This document shows, in pieces, positions 14,393 to 27,430 of a stretch of 64,000 bases of DNA. Numbering within the stretch: the first letter of the stretch is position 1; each line of letters opens with the position of its first letter. Made by a program: the position numbers and the translations under genes. The DNA is from Sphagnum compactum (lineage: Eukaryota): assembly GCA_965153455.1 (NCBI GenBank), contig OZ234493.1, positions 19,954,213-20,018,212 of the forward strand, read 5' to 3'. The notes under the pieces were generated by a model that was not told the DNA's origin, did no database searches, and worked only from the letters and a program-made list of their open reading frames with translations.

Positions 14393-14400
14393 GTATATTC
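14393..14400. promoter_or_regulatory. P1BS (GNATATNC) motif 2
   Basis: GTATATTC, 52 bp downstream of motif 1. Confidence 0.6.
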
Positions 14401-15062
14401 TGTTCTCTTCCTCTGACTTGCACCCTCAGCCTGCTGCAACCGCACGCGTCTCAAGTATTGCGCTTCTTGCTTCAAAGCCAAGTCCCAGTTGCACGCAAAT
14501 TGTGGTGTTTTACGCTTCAATCGGATTCCTCCGGCCCTTCAATCATCGACATTGGTTTCATTCTGTTCCTTCGTTTTTGAAAATTTTTTTTAGGTTTGTT
14601 TTTGGTTCCCTGTTTCCTTCGAACTTCATTTGAGCGGTGGAGGAGATGTAGCGTGAAGTTTGTAGAAAATCCAAGAAAAGAACAAGCTTCAAGAGAAGGA
14701 AGGATATCAAAGGAAGGGTTTCTGAGTCTCTCGGCTCTTTTCTGTAACCCCGGAACTGATCTCCGGTGTCGGATTTGTTACGAATTGATGTGACAGGAGG
14801 GATGATGCAGTCCAAATCTTCGTTCCTTATTGGTTAGAAAAGATTGCAACCATGTTGTTTTTGTGGTAGCAGAGTTGCAGTGCTTGAAGAGTTGGAAGTG
14901 GTGACACTTTTGTTGGATTTTAGCACAGTTTTTTGTATTCCGTTCTGTTACAGAGATTTACACCTGGTGCAGGATTGGCAACCAGCAAGCATTTCTTGAA
15001 TCTTGTAGGTCGAGGAAGATCGGGATTGTTTTGTTTTTTTGTTTTGGTGTAATATAGGAATC

Positions 15063-15960
15063 ATGGCGAACACCAAACAGTTGCCTGCGGGGTTGAGATT
15101 GCTGAAGAGACTGAGAGGAAAGGATCTTAGTTTCAATGCTTATAGGACATCGGTCTTGATCATAACTTTCATTTCCTATGCGTTCTATCATATGTCCCGA
15201 AAGCCGCCCAGTATTGCCAAGACTGTGTTGGATCCCGAAGATAACATGCAGTCCGGTGTTTACTCTCCTCACGTTTTGCCTCATCTTCAGACATGGCCCG
15301 CAAATTACTTGTTATCAGCGAATTCCAACGCCAAGAGGGAAGCATCCAACGTTTTTGCTACACAAGAATCGAAGAATCAAACAGGAGGATGGAGAACCCT
15401 GGAGGACGGAGCAGCGGCGACATTGCAAGGCCGTGGCTGGCCGCCGTTCGACGGGAAGACGGGTAAGGCAAGGCTAGGGGAGGTAGACGTTGCCTTCCTT
15501 GCATCGTATGCTATCGGGATGTATTTCGCTGGGCATCTTGGAGATCGTCTGCATCTGCGTCTGTTTCTTACAGTAGGGATGATGGTGAGCGGGCTCTTCG
15601 TGTGCCTCTTTGGCCTAGGGTACTGGCTCGACATACACTACCTTTCCTATTTCATTACCGTGCAAATCTTTGCGGGGTTGTTTCAGGCCACCGGCTGGCC
15701 GTCGGTGGTGACCATAGTGGGCAATTGGTTCGGGAAGAGTCGGAGAGGATTGATCATGGGGATATGGAATGCACACACATCGGTTGGCAACATCCTTGGC
15801 TCTTTGATCGCTGCCGCCGTCCTCAAGTACGGCTGGGGATGGTCATTTTTGCTCCCTGGCCTTTTGATGGCTTGTGGCGGCCTCATGATCTTTATGTTTC
15901 TTGTTGTTGAACCAGCGGATGTGGGCTTGCCATCACCACATGCACAGAATCCTGCTGAAG
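15063..15960 (+). CDS. G3P transporter coding exon 1
   Basis: Begins at ATGGCGAAC (15063); donor GAAG|GTAATT at 15960/15961. Confidence 0.9.
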
Positions 15961-17449
15961 GTAATTCAGCCAATCTTTGTCTGCTAGAATTTTTGAACTG
16001 TGGTAGTGCACAGTGGAGAGACCCTTGATTCCTTCTTGACTTCCAAATAGGAAGGAAAGTGGTTGTGTCAAAATTCATATTTTGCTCACTGTCTAATTAT
16101 CCTCTTTCATGCTCTGGCAGCATCAGGCAGGTTGGTTGTTGAGGAAGTAGGTCACACAGTGGATCCGAATGTGACATTGAAAGATACTGCAAATGGCCTG
16201 CCACAGAACGATTTGGAAGAAGGGCACCAGGACAACCAGAAGGAAGAAGAATGGTTATTGGACATGAAAGAGGCGGAGAAGAAGCAAGCAGCACCTTTGT
16301 CTTCTGAGACGGAACCTGCCATTGGCTTCTTTGAAGCATGGAGGATTCCAGGAGTTGCCACTTTTGCATTTTGCTTATTCTTTTCAAAGCTTGTGGCATA
16401 CACTTTCCTGTATTGGTTGCCGTTCTACATAAGACATACTCGTGGGTGCTCTTTGTCCTCATACCCCACACTTGATTGGCTATATTCATTCAAAAAATGG
16501 ACTTGGATGTTGCTCTTGTAGTAGATCTGGGATTCTTTGTAACATAACTGAGATAAAGCATTCAGAGATAGAATATATATATGAATTCATCTATAGAATG
16601 GCTTTCTTCATTCAAGTTGATTGAGTCTCACGAAGCTCTTTCTGTTGCCAGGGATTGCAGGGGAGTTTCTTGATGATAAGATGGCAGGGAACCTTTCCAC
16701 CCTTTTTGATGTGGGGGGTGTAGTTGGAGGTATTGTGGCGGGATATGTGTCAGATCACCTGAAAGCACGGGCCATAACAGCAGCTAGCTTCATGCTCTCT
16801 GCCATCCCTGCCCTCTACTTCTACAGATTGTATGGGGGCATCTCACTTCCTGTAAATATTGGACTTATGATGCTTGCTGGGATGCTAATCAATGGGCCTT
16901 ATGCCCTGATTACAACAGCTGTCTCAGCTGATCTTGGAACACACAAATCTATCAGAGCGAACGGGAAGGCACTTGCTACAGTGACAGCTATTATTGATGG
17001 AACTGGGTCTGTTGGGGCAGCTATTGGGCCATTGCTAACAGGCTACATCTCAAGCCAAGGTTGGGGTGCAGTGTTCAAAATGCTCATGGTTGCAGCATTA
17101 TGTGCAGGAATTCTTCTCACTAAATTGGTCATTGCAGAGTTTGCTGAGAAATTTGGAAAGAAACCAATCATGCCATGTGTCGAAGGTGAAGTCAAGGGCA
17201 ATCCCAATGGTAAATAATTCAGTTTCTTTCTTTAGATATGGTATTTGTCAGCAAATGCACAAGGATCAGTCATCCTATTGATGGTTTATGTCTTATCAAT
17301 TTGTCATCAAACAGATTGCAATGTACGTGTGAACTGTTTTTCAATGTGCATTTTTGAATCGTGGGTCAAATGATTGGGCTAGTCACTTAATCCTCTTTGT
17401 GGTATGCCCTGCAGGTTTGATTCAACCATTACTGGATGACAGACATTGA
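15063..17449 (+). CDS. MFS glycerol-3-phosphate transporter/permease (G3Pp, SLC37/OPA family), 4 exons, about 603 aa
   Basis: Exons 15063-15960, 16121-16441, 16652-17209 and 17415-17449. All introns are GT-AG and phase 1; the total is 1812 nt and in frame. Motifs include [85 protein letters not shown] and [13 protein letters not shown]. Confidence 0.95.
16121..16441 (+). CDS. G3P transporter coding exon 2
   Basis: Acceptor CTGGCAG| at 16120, with an in-frame alternative at 16126; donor C|GTGGGT at 16441/16442. Confidence 0.85.
16652..17209 (+). CDS. G3P transporter coding exon 3
   Basis: Acceptor TTGCCAG| at 16651; donor AATG|GTAAAT at 17209/17210. Confidence 0.88.
17415..17449 (+). CDS. 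G3P transporter terminal micro-exon ([11 protein letters not shown])
   Basis: Acceptor CCCTGCAG| at 17414; phase-compatible with exon 3; encodes a QPLL dileucine-type motif. Confidence 0.75.
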
Positions 17450-20400
17450 CACACAGGATAACTAATGTGGCATTGTACAATCCAGTGCCTAAATGATGAC
17501 ATCTTACGAAGTTTTTTGATTTGAGAATTTTGGTGTTCGAATGTAGGGAGCATCAAATGTTTCTTTCACATAATGTTGCCTGCTGTGGAGTGATCATGGT
17601 CTGCCTTACATCAGATTTTACTTCTTCCTCTGCAAGCTGGCAATGCCTTGTATCTTGTGCTTCAACACACATGGAGAGTATCACTGCCATCAAATTGCAG
17701 TTATGAAGGAAGAGAATTCCTAGAGCAGAGATGGCAAGTGGGTATCTCACCTCATGTATCATGGGGGAATGTGCATCAGGATGTCAACACTGGGCTTAGT
17801 TTTTATTATGGCCCAGTTAAGTAGCCATCTATGAGAAAGTGGGAGAAATAACTTGTTTGACATGTCCACTGCTTACGATTGCCGGAGATCTAGACCCAAT
17901 ACAGCCCTGGTCAGATAAATCTCAAGGGTTTTGATCCCATGCCTTTGAGGCGAAGGCTAAAAGGTTACAAGCTGGACAGGTGCTGGTGGACAGGTATGGC
18001 AGAGTTTAGCAAGTTTGAGAGTAGGAGGAATGTGAGGCTCAGGGGGCCTTGTGTGAGAATAGCAGAGTTGCAAGTTTAAATTGCAGGCTGCATTTTGTCT
18101 GCAAGTAAGAACTGTTTTTCTATGAGGAATCTGGGAGTCAAAGACACCAGTTCATCAGTTTTCTCATGAGCAGCTTTAAACAGCTGTTGATGCACATACT
18201 TGAGGAGGCTCTACACCCTCCAGAGTAAGGAACATGCAGGACTGGTAAGAAGTTGGACTATCTAAATACTTAGATTTTGTGCAAATGCACACAGGATTTG
18301 AGTTAAGCTTGGTCAGTAAGGGGCAATTGACCCTTTTTCAAGGGCTACATATGCACTCATATTTATCCCTTTTGCAAGGAGTGTTTATGTGCTCAAAATG
18401 TTGGAACAAAGTTGTAGCTTACAACACAACTGGAGTCAAACTTCAACAACAGTTGACATAGGCATCAAGGTGCAGTTTTTGAACTGGGTGCCTTCACCTG
18501 TGCTTCCTTGTGCAAAGCAGAGTTTGCATTCTCTGAAGGACCTGGAGGAGCTGCAAAGATGACTGATGGTGGCAGCAGATAGGTACTTCATATTCTCAAA
18601 GACAACTCATGAATCTGGGTTGATACCTAGCTAGCAAAGCTTGTGGGGTGCTTTTGGGCGTTTAAGGAATGAGGGCTAAATGGGTCAACCCTGAACAATA
18701 TGCCAAATTTTCCCTAATCTCAAATCTGTTGATTACCCTTGATCAACTCCTTTCTTAACTTGCGTGTAAATTTGCAAAATGATGGGATCTTTTGGTGATG
18801 AAGATTCCCTTTGTCTGATTAGCTAGTGGATGCAAATTTCCAGTTTGTTTAATTTGTGGTACTTCAGTCTGTGCTTATATAGGTTTCTCAAGAGTTCTAA
18901 TGGTAAATTGTTACCACTATGTGATCATCGAGATTTAGAGAAGCAACTGAATGTGGAACCTATTGCAGAAAGCAAGATCATCCCTTCCTGACCTTGTGGA
19001 TAGGAAAATTCCAGAGTACCATTTTAACCTCAGAACAAATTGTCAATCCAATAGCTTACCATCTCATGGATTCTAATTCTATGCGAATGCTGTCGGCTGG
19101 ACCACCAAGTCAATCCTTTGTAAAGCAGATCGATTTGTTAGGCTTAACTTGTGGTTGTGGTACTTGTTTGAATAGTGAAACTAGTAATTATGAAATTGCC
19201 CAATGCTCAAGTCTGTTGCTTTTAGTAGAGAATGCAAATCCTATTGTAATGCTTTCTGTAGAACCCAAAATACTTGTTGAAAGCATGTTGTCGGAAAAAA
19301 GAAAGGAAGTTGTTATGTGATGAACAGGTAAGGTTGTAAAAAATTAAGCAAAAATATTTGATTGTTTAGCATTGAAGTGCAGAAAGTAAGAGAAGGGCAT
19401 CAAGTTGTTGCATTAGAGGAATACATGTTAATCTTTGATTTGCTAATTTATGAAATCTTTAGTAATGATACAGTAAGCATTAAGCTATTTTAAAAAAAGG
19501 TTTTCTGAAAGAGTATGTGGCCAGCATCCCAAGGTAGATTCAGTATGTATTTATGACAGTTTTAGGAAAGCTGTCCAAAGTTTTCTCCAAAGTGGCAATG
19601 GTTTTTTTTGGCAATTAGGAAAAAACCAGGCACAATATTCTAGTTTGATTTTTCTTTTCCATTGCCGCAATAAAAAAAATTCACCATAGAAGAAGGCACT
19701 GATAGTAAGGGGGAGTATGTACAGATAGAATTGTCAATTATCCATGTCAAAGTCATGAAAAAGAGGGCATATTTGACTAGACAAATCATATGAGGAACTT
19801 CAAAACTTGAGACATTAATGTAGGCTACTACTAAGATTACCAGAATTGTCGACTTGAAGTCTTGGTATTGTGGATTCATAAGGGACAATAATATATCATT
19901 AAATTACAAGGTAACTAGGACAATTGAGTTATGCCTTGAAGTGTTGAAGAAAACTTAAACAATATACAGAGGATACTATTGTGGGTGTCACTCCTAAGAC
20001 ATCTATACATGTACTGAACGATCGAGAATAAATTTGTATGGCAAGAGGTGATGGAGGAGAGGGGATATGAAAAGTTGATACGTTCTGCCACATCATCTAA
20101 CCAACTTCAAAGGGAGAACAAACTTGCTCTTCAATTCAATTACCATCACTCCACAATACAACAATTGACAAACAAGGTGAAAAGGATGAGCCTGATTGCT
20201 CCTTTTACATCCATTGGCAACACCAAATGTTTATGAACAGAACAATCAGACAAGTCATTTAAACCCTACACTGGTACCCTAATTAGGTGTAAAACCTAAT
20301 TAAACCCTACACTGGTACCTTCACCACCTTATAAACATTTATAAATGTATTCAGTTTTTTGTTTGAGAGTTAGGTCATTCAGCAACCACCAATAATGTCC

Positions 20401-23400
20401 AACCCCTTTTTCAATGAACCAAAACAAAAATTAAAGCATCACCATTTTCCATGTTTGAGGAAGTGTCCCTCAAACATGGCCCTTACTTGATTTTCAACTG
20501 AAAGTTTGATTTCAAACACCATCACAAAATGTCACATGCAATTGATGCATTGTTGCATCATATCAAAGGTGTCAATGTGAAATTGATGGTTGGGATAATC
20601 AAGGCGAATTTCCTTAGGCGAATTTCTACATGATAAGTCCTCTTGTGTAGGTGGCAAATCTTCAACAACTTTGTTCACCACGTTACTTTTAGTGTCTTCA
20701 TAAGAAAAATATTAAAGGGTGAAATCAAGGGACTATTACATAATAATATTACAATGTGAAATAATTGGAGGGTGAAAATAAGGCATGATGAGCCAGCAAT
20801 GCATGTTGAAGCACAATTAGGTAATTTTGAAGAGGTATTAATGAGCAAGATTGGTCATGTATTTATTTTTTTCACAACTTATATTTGTTCAAACTATGTT
20901 TAAACCCCTACTTAAAGTTTGAAAATGTGTTTTTGTATATTGTATACTCATTGGATTCATTTAAAATTTATTCAAATGCTACTCATGATACACTTAATTT
21001 ATTATTAAAAATTATCTTAAAAGAATGATTACAATTTTTGTGATGGACTATATTATGTGGGTAGCTTGGAGTGCTTTCTCCCTTTTCAATGATGTGGTGA
21101 AGTCATCATGGAAATAAAAAAATGGTGGATTTATTTAACATTGTGAATTATTTTTTTGGAATTTGGATCAAGATCTTGTTGGTAAAAAATTCTTGAACTT
21201 TGACTACTATCACATAACAAAGTTGGACGATGTTCCCATGTTTTAAAAATAACATCATATTCATGCAAACATATTAGATTACTCCAGTGAACATGTGGGA
21301 GCCCTCAATTTTTGTCAACCTCAAATTTTTTTTTGCCCTTAATTTAGACTAATGAAGATGGTTGTGAGTCCTCCAAGAAATTGCCCGTTCAAAATAAGGC
21401 TCAAGAATAAATGCATGGAACATTGGGTGCGATTTCATGTTATTCAAAAGTTGGAAACCAATAGTTGTTATTTGACCAATGATGGTACATGGCCCCAGAT
21501 GTTTATAATATAAGTTCTTATTGGAAGTTTGTGTTGGTCACACGTCTTGACAATGAACCCATATACATTTGATCTTTTATTTTATTTTAAGTGTTTTACT
21601 TTATTTTAAGTGTATGTCAATTGCAATAAGGGATCCTTATTTCAATATGTGCTTTGAAAAAAATGTTGGAAGTTATTTTCAAAGATTGGTTAAATGTTGG
21701 GCAATATATTTAGTAATAAAAATATTAGTTATTTTTTCAATAGTGATATCATTTAGGATGATGCTGATAATTTGCACAAATTGGAGTGTGCCAAACCAGC
21801 GATTAAAAGGTATTTTATTGTGTAAACTTAGTTTAACAAAAGAATTAAACCTAATCATCTTGATAGTAATTGATCGTGTAGCAAAAAAATATTTACTACA
21901 TTTGTTAGTGATACACATGGTAGTGATACAAATGCAAATTGGTAAGGACATAACATAAAATGTTTTGTTAGATGGACTTTCTAAGTAAACATTATCACAT
22001 TAAGGAGCAAGTTATGGTTAATTTTATGAAAACTTACATCTTTCAATTTGTGAATGGTCCATTCATTTTAACTAGTGATTGATAAAGGATTTTCAATCCC
22101 ACATTTCTAGCACTCTTTATATGGTAAGCTTTATAGAGAATTGAAAAAAATCTTGGATTATGAAACTTATTCAATTTTATTTAATAAACCATGATTGAGG
22201 GATGCCAAGTTGTCCAACAATTGGAGTATTAATTTTGATATCATGGAAGAAATGATATTACTATTTATACAAATGTTGGTACAAAAGGGTTTATGAATAA
22301 TACCAACAATTGGAGGTCGTTTATGTGATGCCCTTTTTCAAGGGTCGATAGATGAAAAAAAAGGTGACATCTATGATGTAAACCAAACTTGTTTTCTATT
22401 GAGATTAGTTTTTTTTTTTTTCATTTTTGTGGTGGAGCACTAGTTGTGATCATCTAAAAAAAGAGTTGGCATTGATGGTGACAAATTATTAAAACATTCT
22501 CAAAATAGTCAAAAAATCTAGTAGAAAAACTTGACTTAAAAATAGTAACATGTCTAAATTTAATGAACTCCTTTATGGGGTGTGATCAAATTTGACAAAG
22601 TTTTCAAAAATCTATGAAAAAAATTCTTCTTTTAATTTTGTTGGGTGCAATTTTGCACAAGTTGCTAGAAAAAAACATTGATCGGGATGATAACTTTACT
22701 ATCTATAGAAAATTGGAGGAAATACAATCTCTAACCCCATTTCCATTAATATGGTCATATTGTTATGTAAATATCGCGTTTGCATGAATTGAAATATAAC
22801 TTGTAAAAGTGGACACACAATATGTGCAATTTTAACAATTTAACAAGGGCACCATTGTGAATGCATGAATGAGTGGACCAATAATATTTTGCACAAAAAA
22901 ATTTGTTCAATTTTTTTTGTAACATATTAAAATCAATCTTGTATCCAATGGACATTGGTTTTAAGTTATCAACTATGAATACATATATACAATCATATTG
23001 ATAATGGACCTATATGTGAAAAAATAAGGTATATATGTTTGAATTTGATGTTATTTGGAATTTGCAGAAGGACCAGGGTGGCTTTGAGTTGTGGTAGATC
23101 AAGAATACCAGGAACGAGATCAATAAGTTTGAAAAATTAGAGTTTAAAACTCAAAACCTTAAATGCTTATGCACAAAGTTGTGGTAGATCAAATCAATTA
23201 AGATCAAGGATGATGGAAATCGAAAGCTTTTAGCTAAGAATTGAAATGGTCAATCAAAGTATGGAGGTTGGAGCCCAAACCCTTTGAAATTTGAATGATC
23301 CTAAATTTTGAAATGTGTGCCATGAAGCCTAGCCATTGAAACTTGAGCGACAAGTTTTGACTCCCAACTTTCAAATTTGATAATGAAGATTGAAGGCAAA

Positions 23401-24339
23401 ACTTTGAAAATCATTATTTAGATTGAATGTGAGAGGAGTTTGGAGTTGCATGACACAAAACTTGATATAACAAGTGAGATCCATTAAACAAAAAAACTCC
23501 AAAATTCCAAAAACTTCTAAATTCCAAATGGCTACAACTTGTAAGCATTTCCAAATTTCAATGGGGATCATGTTCTCATTTCATTATTTTGCATTTTCAC
23601 TTGTACACCATTGTTAAGGGCAAAAATTCTTAAGTTAACTAGTGCCATGGGCATCCTATTAACTAAAGGGTTATTAGTGGTAGTAACTTATCATTTTTTA
23701 CTAAAGGATGAAGTTAATGGGATTAATTAGATGAATGGTTGGTGATAATCCACCAATCATGTGCAGATTTTAAAGAAAGATAAGGACTGGTTATTCAACC
23801 AACTTAAAAGATGTGTGAAAAATTAGGATAAAAACAAGGAGGGCATAGTTTTATGGAAGGCATGTGAACCTTGTGTGTTATGGGAAAAAGGGGATTAAAA
23901 TGAAAACAAAAGGGGATTGTGGATCATTCCGTTGGAATATGGGAGATATTATGATTTTAAATTGGATGTGGTTAAAAGAAGTTCTCTTGACAAAGAAGTG
24001 TGTATCTGACATTGAAGAGAGAGGATGAGAGTATGGAAGCAAGTTGTATTTCAATTATTGTAATGAAAAATGATTGATGGATTCTCATGTTTTTTGTTGG
24101 TGTTTGGTTCTATTTAGAGTATGAAGAGAGAGGAGATAGTAGTTCATATTAGTATTATAGAAAGTTTTGTTATGTTCATGTATTAGTTCTTCATTTTCCC
24201 TATAAGATTTATATGCGATCCACTTTCTATTTTAAGTTTTAAAGTAGGAAATATCTTTTACTGCAAGATGGTAGTTGACATTGGAAGGTAGCAACAAAGA
24301 AGTAGACTTAATATTTGAGACCTAAAAGGAGTGATACAT

Positions 24340-24620
24340 TGATGTAGACGGTAGGCAATAGTGATAGAAGTTTTACATGTGTTGCAAATGGCAAGTGATA
24401 GTCACAAAAGGTTTATAAGCACTAGAGACGTAGACAACAACCACAAAGGGTTTATAGGCCTATAGATGGTAAGCAACAATCACAAAGATTTATAGGCATA
24501 TAGACAATAAGAAACAACCGCAAAAAGTTTATAGGTGTTGCAAAGGGTAGGCAATAGCCACGAAAGATTTACAAGTGTTATAGATGGTAGGTAGTAGTTA
24601 TAGGAGGTTTGCATGTTGTT
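24340..24620. repeat. Degenerate tandem repeat, unit about 38-40 bp, about 7 copies
   Basis: Recurring unit resembling tatagatggtaggcaacaaccacaaaaggtttataggc. Confidence 0.75.
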
Positions 24621-26617
24621 GTGGATTTTTTAATAGTCTACAAAGGATGGTAGCTACAACATAATGATGGGCAGCCAGAAAGCAATTCCTATCCTCAAGT
24701 CTTTTTATTTTTCTTATTATTATTATTTTATCAAACATTCCTTTTCTTGTTGATAATTAGGTTGCTGGATCCCACAATTTGACAACCATATTTCCTCAAA
24801 TTGCTTGCCCCAATCCAACCATAAACTCTCAAAATTCATGAGACCACCAAAACAAGGTTGCAAATATACACTTCAAATTGGATATTGCAATACATGGCTC
24901 TACCAAACTACTATTAAACTTTGCAATGGCTACATGATGGTGGCAATCTTGGCGTCAAGAGGATTAGGCAAACCGGTCCATTTTTGTCCCTATTTTCCCA
25001 GTGATGATGTTGCAGGTTCAAATCCTGCATCTCCTTCTTCTGATTCTCCGCCCCAAAAAATAGCTCATCATGATTCACAACAAATGTAAACTGCACATTT
25101 ACAAAAATTCATATATTGTAGTTGGTTGAAATTTGTTCGCAAAAGGTACAAATTTTGTGATGGGTCTGCCATGCTTCGTACAAATAAAAACAAACGCTCA
25201 CCTAGGCACCAATTAAGGGTAAAAACAAATCATTTACCCATTGGTAGGGGGAACCATTACTAGCCAGATAAGGTAAACTAATTCCAATATCTACAAACTT
25301 ATTCAATGCCCTATTTTCTACCTTCAAATGTAAAAAGAAAACACAGATAACATGATAAGGTTAATGTAAACTACTTGGGTATCCTGAGTCCTTATTATTG
25401 TACCTCCTGCGGAGCCTGTTGAAGTGGGTTTGGAATTTGTATGATATGGAAGGCTATGCTCGTGTCTTGTAAGTAGAGCTAAGAATTTTCGACATCTTGA
25501 ATTGACATTGAAAGAAGTCAGGAACAATTATGTCCGGATGCTCTGGCCATAGCAAACATGAAGTGCAGTCTGGCATGGTAGAATCGTGTGTAATGTCAAT
25601 ACAACATCTATTCAATGAGAGCAGCTCTGAATAGTACATACATGAGTAGATTTCTTTTAATATACCTTCCTTCCAAATAAAAGTATCTTTTTTGCCTTCA
25701 GAAGAAGATGCTCTCAAGTATGAATACCTATGTCCCAGAATGATGCCCCTGCCATTAGCTTAGGCCAAAAAAGGTGAAGGAACATAGGTGCCAAGGCATA
25801 AAAATTCTTGCCAGCCAATGAGGTGTGCTAGCATGTACCCAAGGGGTCGGGTTTTTTTGGGGGGGGAGGGGGGGGGGGAAAGGTGAGGGGATATTTGGAT
25901 TTTTTTTGTTCATCTCAAGTTCTCACTATGTTCTCATCAAGTTCCCAATGGGTCCCCAACATGTTCCGCAAGTTAACAATGTGTTCCTTAACATGTTCCC
26001 AATTGCACTTCACTTTCTCCCATATGCTTTGCCCAATCTTGTTTTCTTGGAAGTTATATAGGTTGGCCAATATTGAGACATATGTTTTTATGTTTGGAGC
26101 TAATACTTTTAAATTGGGGAGTCTCCAAAGTTTGAGAATTTTTTGGGATGGGCCAATCGAACAGGCTCATGCAATAAAAAAAGTTTTGAACTTAGAGGGC
26201 ACCTACCAACTGATTAATATGAATCATGCAGCTGAATCTTCGGCCTGTAACTTGGAATAAAGTAGCCACTCTCCGTGCTACTTGCACAAAAATAGAACAG
26301 TTATCATCATGTAACTCCTCATCGTGTTGAAAGTGTGCTATCACACACTGGACCATGTTTGGAGTTTTGTTAGGAAGTCACCTCTATCCATGACTTTATG
26401 TTATAACTCCTCCTCATTTTCTGATGGCCTTCCATGCTCTTTGACAGAAACCTGTCATACACTTATTGCAATAGAATACAAACAGTAGGACGGTGAATCT
26501 CATCTGCTGAGGGGAGAAGCAGAAAGCTCTCTGCCAATCAAGCTTGATTTGGGGGTGCCAAAGGTGCGTCAAGTTGCTCCAAAACCACCAAAAGAAAAGT
26601 AAAGACAAGAGAAAACC

Positions 26618-27430
26618 AGTGTTGGGCGTTTCTCACTTTTTCTTGAGAACCGTCGGTTCCAGTTTTTTTTTTTTTTTTTGGCGCGGGAGGCAGGTTCTGA
26701 GAATCGCCCCAGTTTAATTTTTTTTCCCCATTCTGAGAATTGCCCCGGTCTTCAGAATTTTAAAAAAAATCCGGTTAAGTGGTTCTCAGGGTCAGCGGTT
26801 CTCACAGAATTTTGAACTGTTGGTTTTTAAGGGATGGTTCTCACAGCTCAATCCTCACAAATCATGATTTTTTGTTATATATATATATATATTACATATT
26901 CTAAAAGTTTTTGGTGTCTCTTTTCTTATAATCAGCATTTTTTTTTTGCAAAATTTCGCACTCTACAAAATCTGAAAATAACCTGCCACAAGCTCAAAGG
27001 GTTTTTTTTTTTTCATCAATAACTTCACCAAAAAGGTAGGGGAAAAAAGACACTGTTCGTCACCTTTAGATTGTGTGCTTCTAAAGATAGTTAAAAAATA
27101 GCAAGATTCTAAAATAACTTAGTTTTAGACTGTCCTATAATTAAACTTGATTAAATCCTCATTCATTATGGCAGTCACCTTCATAAACATAAACTTTAAT
27201 TTTTTAAAAATTAAAATTAAAATTTATTATTTATTATTTACCATGAAAATCGAACCCTTTTCAAAATGTGAGACTCGATTCATTTCTCAAATTAGATGTA
27301 ATGTGAGAACCTGGATGGTTCTCATTGGGCAGTTCTCAACTTTAGTGAGAACCTTCAATTTGGTGTTCATGATTATTCTCACATTTGGTTCTCACTGGTC
27401 AATTCTCACTTAGAACTGAACTGAAAATCG
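26618..27430. mobile_element. Non-autonomous DNA transposon-like repeat
   Basis: Starts CAGTGTTGGGCG; many GAGAACC/GGTTCTCA subterminal motifs in both orientations. A similar terminus (gaaccgcccagcaatg) occurs near 3450-3466. Confidence 0.5.

Noticed and set aside
14071..14815. ORFs of 85-169 aa upstream of the transporter
   Set aside because: They span a MITE, the promoter and probable 5' UTR/intron; most have non-ATG starts and none shows protein-family features.
15178..16489. Alternative-frame and antisense ORFs overlapping the transporter
   Set aside because: Shadow ORFs of a GC-richer coding sequence.
21000..22400. AT-rich region that looks like decayed transposon coding sequence
   Set aside because: I could not recognise any diagnostic motif, so it is left unannotated. 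The same applies to about 9.5-10.2 kb and 40-43.4 kb.
24340..24620. Regular repeats of about 39 bp resembling a CRISPR array
   Set aside because: Units are contiguous and degenerate, with no unique spacers and no cas genes; the context is eukaryotic. It is a minisatellite.
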